DNA of 20,166 bases from Candidatus Jordarchaeia archaeon (GTDB lineage Archaea; Asgardarchaeota; Jordiarchaeia; Jordiarchaeales; Jordiarchaeaceae), in NCBI GenBank assembly GCA_029856435.1, contig JAHQXB010000085.1, positions 1 to 20,166 of the forward strand, read 5' to 3'. Numbering within the stretch: the stretch's first letter is position 1; each line of letters begins with the position of its first letter. Positions 1 through 7,911 of the stretch are shown piece after piece. Below the pieces are notes generated by a model. It was given only the letters and a program-made list of their open reading frames with translations, was not told the DNA's origin and made no database searches. The translations under genes and the position numbers were made by a program.

Positions 1-276
1 CTTCCCACAATGGAAAAGAAGCCAAAATAGCCCTCCCTTTCGGGGAAAGGAAACATATAACACCAGGTCGGCTCCCAGGAGCTAAATACATACAAATAGA
101 GCTATTCTTCTTGCCTCAAACAATAAGGTTATTATTAAGAATCTCCACACTCTACATAACGTGAATATAACTCGTAAAAGTGTGTATTCCTTCATAAGTG
201 TTGCGAACTCAAAAAAAAGAGGGTTAGAAGGTAAATCCTTCTAAAACTTATTTCCAAAGTTAGTGAGGGAGAAGGT

Positions 277-2064
277 ATGGGGAGTTCAAAAAAGTGGAAA
301 AAGCTAAAAATGTTATTCTTTGCGGCTGTTCTATTTACAGCAACAGTTACAGTGTTCATCTCGAACAATAATTCAGACATATATCCGCTCATCAACCTGT
401 ACATAATTGGCGTCTCCCAAGGCTCTCCCAGCCTCATTCAGGGAAAGATGGAAATTTCGTCTGACTACACTTTTTCCGGAAACATCTATGAAACGATAGT
501 GGTCGCAGCGGACAACATTGTGATAGACGGAAAAGGCTACACTCTGCAGGGCTCATGGTCTGGATGTGGCTTCAACTTAACTGGCAGGGGCAACGTAACC
601 ATAAAAAACGTCATAGTTACAGGGTGGCAATACGGCTTCTACCTATACAACAGCTCAAACAACACCCTCACGGATAACATTGCAAACAACAACCGCTACA
701 ACTACCACGGTGGCTACTGTGGCTTCTACTTATCCAATTCAAATAACAACACTCTATCAAATAACACTGCAAACGGCAACGGCTGGGGCTTCTACCTAGC
801 AAACAGTTCTAATAATACCCTTTCAAACAACACCGCCAGAGAAAATGGATATAGTGGCTTCTTCTTGGAGGAGAAGTCTTGCAATAATAGTCTTTCGGGT
901 AATACTGCTGCCAATAACTATTGGGGTGGCTTCCACCTGTACCGCTACTCGAACTACAACAATCTTTCTGGCAACACCGCTAGGTATAATGGTATGGCTG
1001 GCTTTGAACTGTGGTCCAGCTCATACAACAATGTTGTAGGTAATGTTGTCGTAGACCTTTGGGGTAGGGATGTAAACTACGACTCTCCTTCAGTTGGCAA
1101 CATCATTGAGAATAACACAGTCACCGCCACGGGGCCCTCTCTACTAGCTACTCTGTTTTATAACTCCTATGTTACGTGTGTCTTTTATCAGCGGAGCGTA
1201 CCTTTTGCTTCAAATTTCCAGGTGGTAGTTTTACTTGTTACGTTGCCCACAGCTATACTGATATGCTTATTGTTTGCCTATAGGAGGAGAAAAGGTGCGG
1301 GGGGAGTTGTAGGGGGCTGGAGATGGTCTAGAGATGCAATCCTAACGGGTGCGGTCGGCGGAGTAATGGGGGCCGTAACGTCAGTCGTGGGGACGGTTTG
1401 GGTAATTGAAGCCTACAACTTGTCATCTGAAATAGACATTTACTTAGCGCAGCTAAGTTACTATCTCTACATATTGGCTCCTTGGATGTCGTTTCAAAGC
1501 TTCCTTTATCATGGAGAACCCATTATGGCTTTTCCCTTCTTTTATTCTTCTGCTCCTCTATTCTTCGAATTATCTCTTATAATGTGCATTTTTCTCATTG
1601 TGACCAGTGTTTTAATTGCTACTGGTTTCTTGGGCACATACGATATCGGTGTAGGGGCCGCCAACATAATTGGCTCCATCTTGGGAAGCATGGGAATCAT
1701 ATCAGGAGCATCGCTTATCATTATGGGAAGCCTAACAGTTGGTTACAGATACGCAGGTGCACCCATGGAAATGAGTTCGATCCCATTTTTACCTGTGCCT
1801 ACTCCGAATTTTCAAATTATGTGGATAGGCTTCACGACACTCGGCTTCGCCTTCATCGTGCTGGGTGCTGCAGGTTACTCGATACGTGATATGACCAATA
1901 GTCCAGAGGCTTCTCAAGCTGCCGGAATCCTATGCATTATAGGTGCAACGTTTTTCATTATAGGTGGCTACGTCTGGCCCATGATACCAGTTATAGCCTT
2001 TGCGCTAATACTCTTAGCGTTCATACTTTGGTCTAAGGTTTTCTATTCCTCGAGAGAGATTTGA
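277..2064 (+). CDS. NosD-like right-handed parallel beta-helix protein with N-terminal signal/anchor and a polytopic C-terminal membrane region
   Basis: 595 aa ORF, ATG at 277 after GAGGGAGAAGG. Hydrophobic segment at ~aa 12-28, then YTFSGNIYETIVVAADNIVIDGKGYTLQG typical of NosD/pbH1 proteins, repeated GFYLxNSSNNTLSNNTA units, a TM helix ending in RRRK, and ~7 further hydrophobic segments. Confidence 0.85.
   Translation: MGSSKKWKKLKMLFFAAVLFTATVTVFISNNNSDIYPLINLYIIGVSQGSPSLIQGKMEISSDYTFSGNIYETIVVAADNIVIDGKGYTLQGSWSGCGFNLTGRGNVTIKNVIVTGWQYGFYLYNSSNNTLTDNIANNNRYNYHGGYCGFYLSNSNNNTLSNNTANGNGWGFYLANSSNNTLSNNTARENGYSGFFLEEKSCNNSLSGNTAANNYWGGFHLYRYSNYNNLSGNTARYNGMAGFELWSSSYNNVVGNVVVDLWGRDVNYDSPSVGNIIENNTVTATGPSLLATLFYNSYVTCVFYQRSVPFASNFQVVVLLVTLPTAILICLLFAYRRRKGAGGVVGGWRWSRDAILTGAVGGVMGAVTSVVGTVWVIEAYNLSSEIDIYLAQLSYYLYILAPWMSFQSFLYHGEPIMAFPFFYSSAPLFFELSLIMCIFLIVTSVLIATGFLGTYDIGVGAANIIGSILGSMGIISGASLIIMGSLTVGYRYAGAPMEMSSIPFLPVPTPNFQIMWIGFTTLGFAFIVLGAAGYSIRDMTNSPEASQAAGILCIIGATFFIIGGYVWPMIPVIAFALILLAFILWSKVFYSSREI
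634..1050 (+). repeat. Six in-frame pbH1 beta-helix coding repeats (22-29 aa period)
   Basis: Units start with GGCTT at 634, 721, 787, 856, 928 and 1000 and encode GF(Y/F/H/E)L...S.NN.L..N.A. Confidence 0.8.
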
Positions 2065-2327
2065 TGCCCCCGCGGCTGAAGTCAGGGTCTCTTACCAACA
2101 GCTTACCCCTAAAGTAGTTAAAACTTATTGTGTCCCCCATGGATAAAATTCTTTCAAATAATTCTGAAAATATTTTTTTCGTTCTTCAATGTCTTTTTAG
2201 CTATGCTTTGAACATTCAAATTTATTATCACTCAAATACTTTAATAATTTACTCAACATTATAGCATTATAAGTGAGAGTGTTTTTACTGTTTATTTTCT
2301 GTTCGCTTATCAGTTATAAGTTTCATT

Positions 2328-2927
2328 TCAAGCTTCCATTTTTTCGTATTCTTTAGCGCGATTTTCGTTAACTTTTCTCATTACCTCTTCATATAAGCTG
2401 TTGCCCTTTGAATCTATAGTGACGAGTAGAGGCCCAAAATCTTCAACCTGAAATTCCCAGATTGCCTCGGGCATTCCCAAGTCCAACCAGTAAACATTCT
2501 TTACCTCCCTTATTTTTTTCGCATAGAGAGAAGCGGCTCCCCCCACGGTTTCCAAATATGCCGCACCACAATCCTCAATGGCTTTAATGGTTTCCCTTCC
2601 CATTCCCCCCTTACCAATCACCAGGCGGACACCCCACTCTCTAATAGCTTTAGACTCCTGATCCGTGAACCTCAGACTAGTTGTGGAACCTGCAGACACC
2701 ACAAACCATCTTTCACCTGTTTTCCTTGTGATTGGGCCGCAGTGCCAGTGCACAGCACCCTGAAAATTAACCGGAAGTTTTTCACCCTTATCCAAAAGGT
2801 TAAAGGCACGAGCAAAGGCCATATCCCTCCACGAAAATACGACCCCATCTAAATATACCAAGTCGCCAACCTCCAGACTGCGCACCTTAACTTCTGAAAC
2901 CGGAATCCCAAACTTTACCTGCTTCAT
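2328..2927 (-). CDS. Class I Fe-S hydro-lyase (fumarate/tartrate dehydratase family), beta subunit (FumA C-terminal/TtdB-like)
   Basis: 199 aa. LEVGDLVYLDG start, RD motif, GSTTSLRF (family GPTTSxRM), IGKGG, DLGMPEAIWEFQVEDFGPLLVTIDSKGNSLY. Lies 4 bp downstream of the alpha subunit. Confidence 0.9.
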   Translation of the reverse strand: MKQVKFGIPVSEVKVRSLEVGDLVYLDGVVFSWRDMAFARAFNLLDKGEKLPVNFQGAVHWHCGPITRKTGERWFVVSAGSTTSLRFTDQESKAIREWGVRLVIGKGGMGRETIKAIEDCGAAYLETVGGAASLYAKKIREVKNVYWLDLGMPEAIWEFQVEDFGPLLVTIDSKGNSLYEEVMRKVNENRAKEYEKMEA

Positions 2928-2931
2928 CCTC

Positions 2932-3831
2932 TTATTTCCCTCCCTTAGGATGAGTCAGATATTCCACTGTTCCATCTGAGTAGATTCTAGCCGTTGAACG
3001 GCGCAGGGCCCAACAGTTGAAAGCAACTGCTATAGAGGAAAAAGCGGTGTGGCTTCCCCGAATCTCAAGATGTAAAGCTAGAGCAGTGGTTTTTCCACCC
3101 AAGCCCCCGGGACCAATGCCGAGCCTATTAACAGTTTCGAGCAAACCTCTTTCTAATTCTGCCACTTTTGGATCTGAATTAGGAGCCCCAGTAGGTGCCC
3201 TAAACAGAGCCTTCGTAGCCTCACACACCGCAATTTCGGGGTAGCCTCCTAAGCACACGCCAATAATTAGAGGGGGACAAGCATAGATGGCACCCATAAC
3301 TGCATCTATAACAGCTCTTTTAATGCTGCTTAAGAGTTTCTCGCCAGAAAAAATCCTGTTCAACGATGTGGCGAAGGATGAGGCTCCTCCTTTCGGTATT
3401 GCGGTTATCTCCAAATAGTTTGCGCCTGGTTTATAGTCGTAGTGTATATATGGTATTCCCCAACCAACGTTTGTACCGGGATTCTCCAATGTTAGCGGTT
3501 GGACAATATTTTCGCGTAAAGGCGTTTCCTTCGTCGCCCTCCTTGTCGCTCTCTCCAGGGCTACACGAACGTCCCCCCCAATTTCAACAAATTCGCCGAG
3601 TGTCACAAAGAAGATAGGAATTCCCGTGTCTTGGCATAAGGGCCGAGACTCTTCCTTGGCAACCTGTGCTGCATTAATCATCGTTTCTAAAAAAATTTTA
3701 GCACGTTCATTGCTCTCATTATTGTATGCTCTGCGTAAAAGATCCATATATTCGCCTGATAACTCCACCGCAGCTCTGCTCAAAAGCCTATAAGCAGTAT
3801 TTGAAATCAGCTCTTCTCCTATTTCAACCAT
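2932..3831 (-). CDS. Class I Fe-S hydro-lyase, alpha subunit (FumA N-terminal/TtdA-like)
   Basis: 299 aa. CQDTG, ACPP and NCWALRR supply the three cluster cysteines; GIGPGGLGG present; GGTGG 4 nt before the ATG. Confidence 0.9.
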   Translation of the reverse strand: MVEIGEELISNTAYRLLSRAAVELSGEYMDLLRRAYNNESNERAKIFLETMINAAQVAKEESRPLCQDTGIPIFFVTLGEFVEIGGDVRVALERATRRATKETPLRENIVQPLTLENPGTNVGWGIPYIHYDYKPGANYLEITAIPKGGASSFATSLNRIFSGEKLLSSIKRAVIDAVMGAIYACPPLIIGVCLGGYPEIAVCEATKALFRAPTGAPNSDPKVAELERGLLETVNRLGIGPGGLGGKTTALALHLEIRGSHTAFSSIAVAFNCWALRRSTARIYSDGTVEYLTHPKGGK

Positions 3832-3912
3832 AATTCCACCAAGTTCAAATCTTGTAAATGCCTCCGCCTAATCTTATATCACCTTTATGAGTTTCATAAG
3901 GAACTTATATAA

Positions 3913-5574
3913 TCAAAGTGACTGGACAGGTTGGGTTCGCAGCTTCATTTCTCCAGCCTCTAGGCGAATGACAATGTTCTTTAACCATTTTTCATCGTCC
4001 TGTTCAGGATAGTCCTCCCTATAGTGAGCTCCCCGGCTTTCTGTCCTCATGAGAGCCGACCTGGCCACCATTTCTCCAACATCCACGAAGTTTGCAACTT
4101 CCAATGCCTCACCAAGACTTTCCAATGATTTTTCATTCCCAATCCTCAGTTTAGGCAATTTTTCCTTCCTGATTTTAGCAAGTTCATTTATTGCCTTTTG
4201 GAGTTCTTCTGAATTTCTAATAACTCCAACATACTTCTCCATTACTCCCTGAATTTCTGCTCTTATCTGTGATGCATCCACACCCGCGTCACGCATGCAC
4301 ATTTCCAGAACTCGGTTTCTTTCCTCCTCAATTTGTGTTTCATTAACCTCGGGCATAGGCATCGATAATGCTTTTTCTGCAGCAAATTTTCCGGCTCTCG
4401 CTCCAAAAACCTGGGTTTCGGTGAGAGCGTTTCCACCAATTCTGTTCGCACCATGAATTCCGCCCTCCACCTCTCCAGCGGCAAAAAGACCAGAAATACT
4501 CGTCTCACAGTTTTCGTCGATTTTAACACCGCCCATAAAGTGGTGGACTCCCGGAGCCCACTCCAAAGGTTGCCAAGACGGGTCAATACCCTCAGCCTTA
4601 CAAGCCTCTCTAAACTTTGAAAAAAGAGGCCACATCTCTTCAGGCAAACCCGAAAGATCATTGTAAACCCCGCCGTGAACTGTACCCCTGCCCTCCCTTA
4701 TCTCTATTTGGGCTCGAATGGCAATCAGGTCACGGGTAACCTCTTCAGCACGCACCGGGTCATATTTCTTCATGTATCTCTCCCCGAGGACATTGTAGAA
4801 CCTGCCACCCCTTCCAGGCATTCCATCTGCGGGTGGAGGCTGCCCCCTCAACCCCGGCGGATAAATAATACAGGCTCTAAATTGGATAAACTCCATATCA
4901 GTCAGCTCAGCTCCCGCCCGGTAGGCCAAAGCGTATCCGTCCCCAGTAACATCCCGAGGGTTCGTGGTTAAACCGTAGAGTTGCCCGGCTCCCCCAGTGG
5001 CCAAAACAATTGTTTTGGCGTTGAAAACCAAAAATTCTCCAGTTTTGAGGTTTATCCCCGTGGCTCCCACAACCTTCCCATTGCCCGTTAATAGTCTTGT
5101 TATCATAATCCTCTCTAGAACTTTAATCCCCCTTCGTTTAACCTCGTTTACCAAACCGCTAATCCATGCTGAGCCGTAAAGGTCGGTGACTGGAAGAAGA
5201 CGATTGCGTGATGCCCCCGCACCGCCCACAGCTAAAAATTTTCCATTTTGCTTCATAAAAGGAGTTCCAAACCTATCCAGGTCTAGAGCCCTATCCCTAG
5301 CCTCACTTGTAAGTATTCTGACCAGTTTCTGGTTGTTCACCCTTGCGCCTCCCTCTACAATGTCCCTAAAGTAGATTTCTGGGCTATCGCTAGGTTCCAT
5401 GGGGGCTTGCATTATTCCCCCCGCAATGGGGGTGCATCCCGAGGGGAAACCACCCTTCGCAACAATTAACACACTGACACCTTTTTCGTGGGCCTCTATG
5501 GCTGCCCTAGTACCAGCTCCACCTGCACCGACGACCAGTACATCCGTAACAAAACTTCTTTGTCTAAATTCCAT
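3913..5574 (-). CDS. FAD-dependent oxidoreductase, SdhA/FrdA/NadB superfamily, TfrA-like (SGCT) flavoprotein; substrate uncertain
   Basis: 553 aa. DVLVVGAGGAG FAD motif, SGCT, LATGGAG, TGDG, HHFMGG, GLFAAGE, HGANRIGGNAL, RTESRGAHYREDYPE. GGGTGG before the ATG. Confidence 0.9.
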   Translation of the reverse strand: MEFRQRSFVTDVLVVGAGGAGTRAAIEAHEKGVSVLIVAKGGFPSGCTPIAGGIMQAPMEPSDSPEIYFRDIVEGGARVNNQKLVRILTSEARDRALDLDRFGTPFMKQNGKFLAVGGAGASRNRLLPVTDLYGSAWISGLVNEVKRRGIKVLERIMITRLLTGNGKVVGATGINLKTGEFLVFNAKTIVLATGGAGQLYGLTTNPRDVTGDGYALAYRAGAELTDMEFIQFRACIIYPPGLRGQPPPADGMPGRGGRFYNVLGERYMKKYDPVRAEEVTRDLIAIRAQIEIREGRGTVHGGVYNDLSGLPEEMWPLFSKFREACKAEGIDPSWQPLEWAPGVHHFMGGVKIDENCETSISGLFAAGEVEGGIHGANRIGGNALTETQVFGARAGKFAAEKALSMPMPEVNETQIEEERNRVLEMCMRDAGVDASQIRAEIQGVMEKYVGVIRNSEELQKAINELAKIRKEKLPKLRIGNEKSLESLGEALEVANFVDVGEMVARSALMRTESRGAHYREDYPEQDDEKWLKNIVIRLEAGEMKLRTQPVQSL

Positions 5575-5838
5575 TTACGCCACCCTAAACTGCTTTGAAC
5601 TGGTTTTTCGGTGATGCAGATTTATTCGGCTCCATCTCCCTAATAAGGCTCCAAATCGTGAAGGAAGCCCTATAAACACCCCTTTTTTGAGGCGAAACCG
5701 AACAATTATACATCACCTGGTTTTTCCTCGGTTTTTAATATAAATTCCCTTCGCTATTAAAATTTATACTATTTTTAGGGTGATATATCCTTAACCTTTT
5801 TTTCAGAATCTATTGTTTAGTGATACCCTCTTTCTTTC

Positions 5839-6057
5839 CTATTTTGTCGACTTACAATGTTGACATTTAATTTCTCGAATTGTTGGCCGAATGTATAGGT
5901 TCAGCAGCTCTCCGAGGGCAACGTTCTGGTTGTCTTTAAATGGAATGGGAAAGTTTTTGGGAGTATCCACACTAGGGGGAGGGCTGAGTATTATTAGGCG
6001 TTTAGTAAAGCTTGCATAAAATTCATGATATGAACCCTCAAAAGGTGAGGATTCCAT
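5839..6057 (-). CDS. Possible small protein (72 aa) with C-terminal CQHC
   Basis: ATG 15 nt after the MmgE/PrpD stop, same strand, weak AGGA upstream, fills an otherwise empty spacer. No family recognised. Confidence 0.3.
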   Translation of the reverse strand: MESSPFEGSYHEFYASFTKRLIILSPPPSVDTPKNFPIPFKDNQNVALGELLNLYIRPTIREIKCQHCKSTK

Positions 6058-6072
6058 AAAATTTCCTGCTGT

Positions 6073-7410
6073 TCAGTGCATAAGCTGCATTAATATGTGT
6101 ATGTTATCCAATTTTTCCAGTTCCAGCACTAGTTTCATTGACTCCTTAATTTTATCTTCGGTGAGGACGTAGCCTGCGCATATTTCGTATTTTTGCTTTA
6201 GTTCTTCCAGACCCGCAGTGGGCATTCCGTCCTTTACAAACTCTTCTCCCTTCTTGGTTTTTACCTTAACTCTGGATATTGCAGCTCCCAGTTCGTAGGG
6301 AACGAGTTTGTTGATTTCGGGGTCGACTTGAAACTTCGTCCTCTTCATGAATTCCACAATCTCTGGATCCCTAACCCTTTCATCTGTAAAGTCTTCAAGC
6401 CTTATGCCTCGTCCAAGCAGGGCGTCTGCCATAAAGAATGGCATGCTGAACTTTCCTTCAAGACCAGTTTTGGGTTCATGGTAAATCAGGTTGTCATAAA
6501 TTGCTTGAGTGGCTCCAACCTCGATGCTTTCCACGTTTTCTGGATCTATTTTGTGTTCTCTGATTATGGAGAGCAGAGCATTAATGGCCGCGTGTCCATA
6601 GTGGCAGCATGGGTACAACTTGTAGTATATTCCTGGTGCCACCAGTTCCCAAGGATTACCCAGCTTTTCCATCGCTTCCCTATTATACTCTCCAGTTGTC
6701 ACTTTGAGATATCCAAACTCTTCTTCCAGAGCATTTTTGTTTGAAGTGAATCCCTTTTTCGCAAGCGTAGCTGCCACGACGCCATTCTCAGCTGCCCTTC
6801 CCGCGTGAAAAGGCTTTGTCATGGTGCCAAAATTTGCTCTAACCCCCGAGGATTCGGAGGCCGCAATGCCAAATGCATACATCATCTGCTCCGAATCAAG
6901 ACCAAGCAATTTTCCAGCAGCTGCGGTTGCTCCGAAAGCACCCAGAGTCGAAGTGCAATGCCACCCCCTAGCCATATGAGGGGGATTCACAACCAAACCC
7001 AATTTACATTCAACCTCTACACCAACAGAATAGGCAAGAAGCAACTCCTTCCCAGAAGTATCCAATAACTCCCCAACTGCCAGAACAGCCGGAGCCACAG
7101 ACACCGATGGATGACCCAAAAGAGAAGGATTGCTATCATCGAAGTCCAAAGCATGTCCCAAAACCCCATTAGCAAAAGCCGCATCCTTACAAGAAGCCTT
7201 CAACCCCAAACCCACCACAGTTGAGGGACCCATAACTCTCATTTCTTCCAAGTATGACCTTATGATATTTCCAACAGGCTCAACTGAACCTGCAAGTGTA
7301 ACACCGAAATAGTCAAGGAGACTCTGCTTCGCAACCTTAAGTGCATCTGCGGGCAAATCCTTGTACTCTACGCTGCTCACAAATTCAGACATTTCCTCCT
7401 GCAACGACAA
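6073..7410 (-). CDS. MmgE/PrpD family protein (IDS epimerase/cis-aconitate decarboxylase-like branch)
   Basis: LLDYFGVTLAG, ANGVLGHALDFDD, GHPS, GWHCT, TKPFHAG and KLYPCCHYGH motifs. Start placed at TTG 7410 because GGAGGGAG lies just upstream; the ORF track uses TTG 7425. Confidence 0.9.
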   Translation of the reverse strand: MSLQEEMSEFVSSVEYKDLPADALKVAKQSLLDYFGVTLAGSVEPVGNIIRSYLEEMRVMGPSTVVGLGLKASCKDAAFANGVLGHALDFDDSNPSLLGHPSVSVAPAVLAVGELLDTSGKELLLAYSVGVEVECKLGLVVNPPHMARGWHCTSTLGAFGATAAAGKLLGLDSEQMMYAFGIAASESSGVRANFGTMTKPFHAGRAAENGVVAATLAKKGFTSNKNALEEEFGYLKVTTGEYNREAMEKLGNPWELVAPGIYYKLYPCCHYGHAAINALLSIIREHKIDPENVESIEVGATQAIYDNLIYHEPKTGLEGKFSMPFFMADALLGRGIRLEDFTDERVRDPEIVEFMKRTKFQVDPEINKLVPYELGAAISRVKVKTKKGEEFVKDGMPTAGLEELKQKYEICAGYVLTEDKIKESMKLVLELEKLDNIHILMQLMH

Positions 7411-7600
7411 CAAAACTCCCTCCAAATACCAAAAATCATTAATTAAAATTGGAACTTTACCACTAAAAGGATTTCGCCAGGAGCAGTTAACTCCATCTAA
7501 TTCAAAACGTAGAAAAACACTCAGGCTTTTATTTTACAACTATTAAAATGGTGTCATGCTAAAAAATTATTCTTTCTCTAATCATCCATTGTGCGTGTTT

Positions 7601-7682
7601 TGAAAATTTTCAAATTTTTGGTATAAAAATTGCAAAAAATTTATTAAATGGATAAAAAAGTGAAAAAAAATAAAACTGTGCG
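7601..7682 (+). repeat. Dispersed intergenic repeat, copy 1 (inverted relative to 13419-13501)
   Basis: Hand alignment with the reverse complement of 13419-13501 gives 68 identities in 84 columns, including exact blocks AAAATTGCAAAAA and AAAAAGTGAAAAAAAATAAAA. Confidence 0.7.
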
Positions 7683-7911
7683 GCGGGACAGTTAGAAGAA
7701 AAATTTTCCAACAAACATGTTAAATTCCTTTTTAGTTTCATTTACCAATTTGTTTTTACAATTTTTTGATGATTGAGAACCTTCTGATGAAGCTTGAACT
7801 TGGTCGAACCATCCTCATTACAGAAAAGCCCAAAGTTCGACGAAAAATGCGATAAAAAGCCCAACACAATAGAGATGCACAATTATTCAAATAAGTTTAA
7901 GATTCAAATTT

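Noticed and set aside
3913-5574. Naming the flavoprotein sdhA, frdA, tfrA or nadB
   Set aside because: Several dicarboxylate-binding residues are replaced and no iron-sulfur subunit or NAD-biosynthesis genes are adjacent, so a symbol would overstate function.
7767-7830. C/D-box-like words TGATGA (7767) and CTGATGA (7784)
   Set aside because: The D' and C' boxes would overlap and no terminal CTGA follows, so the canonical archaeal C/D sRNA layout is incomplete.
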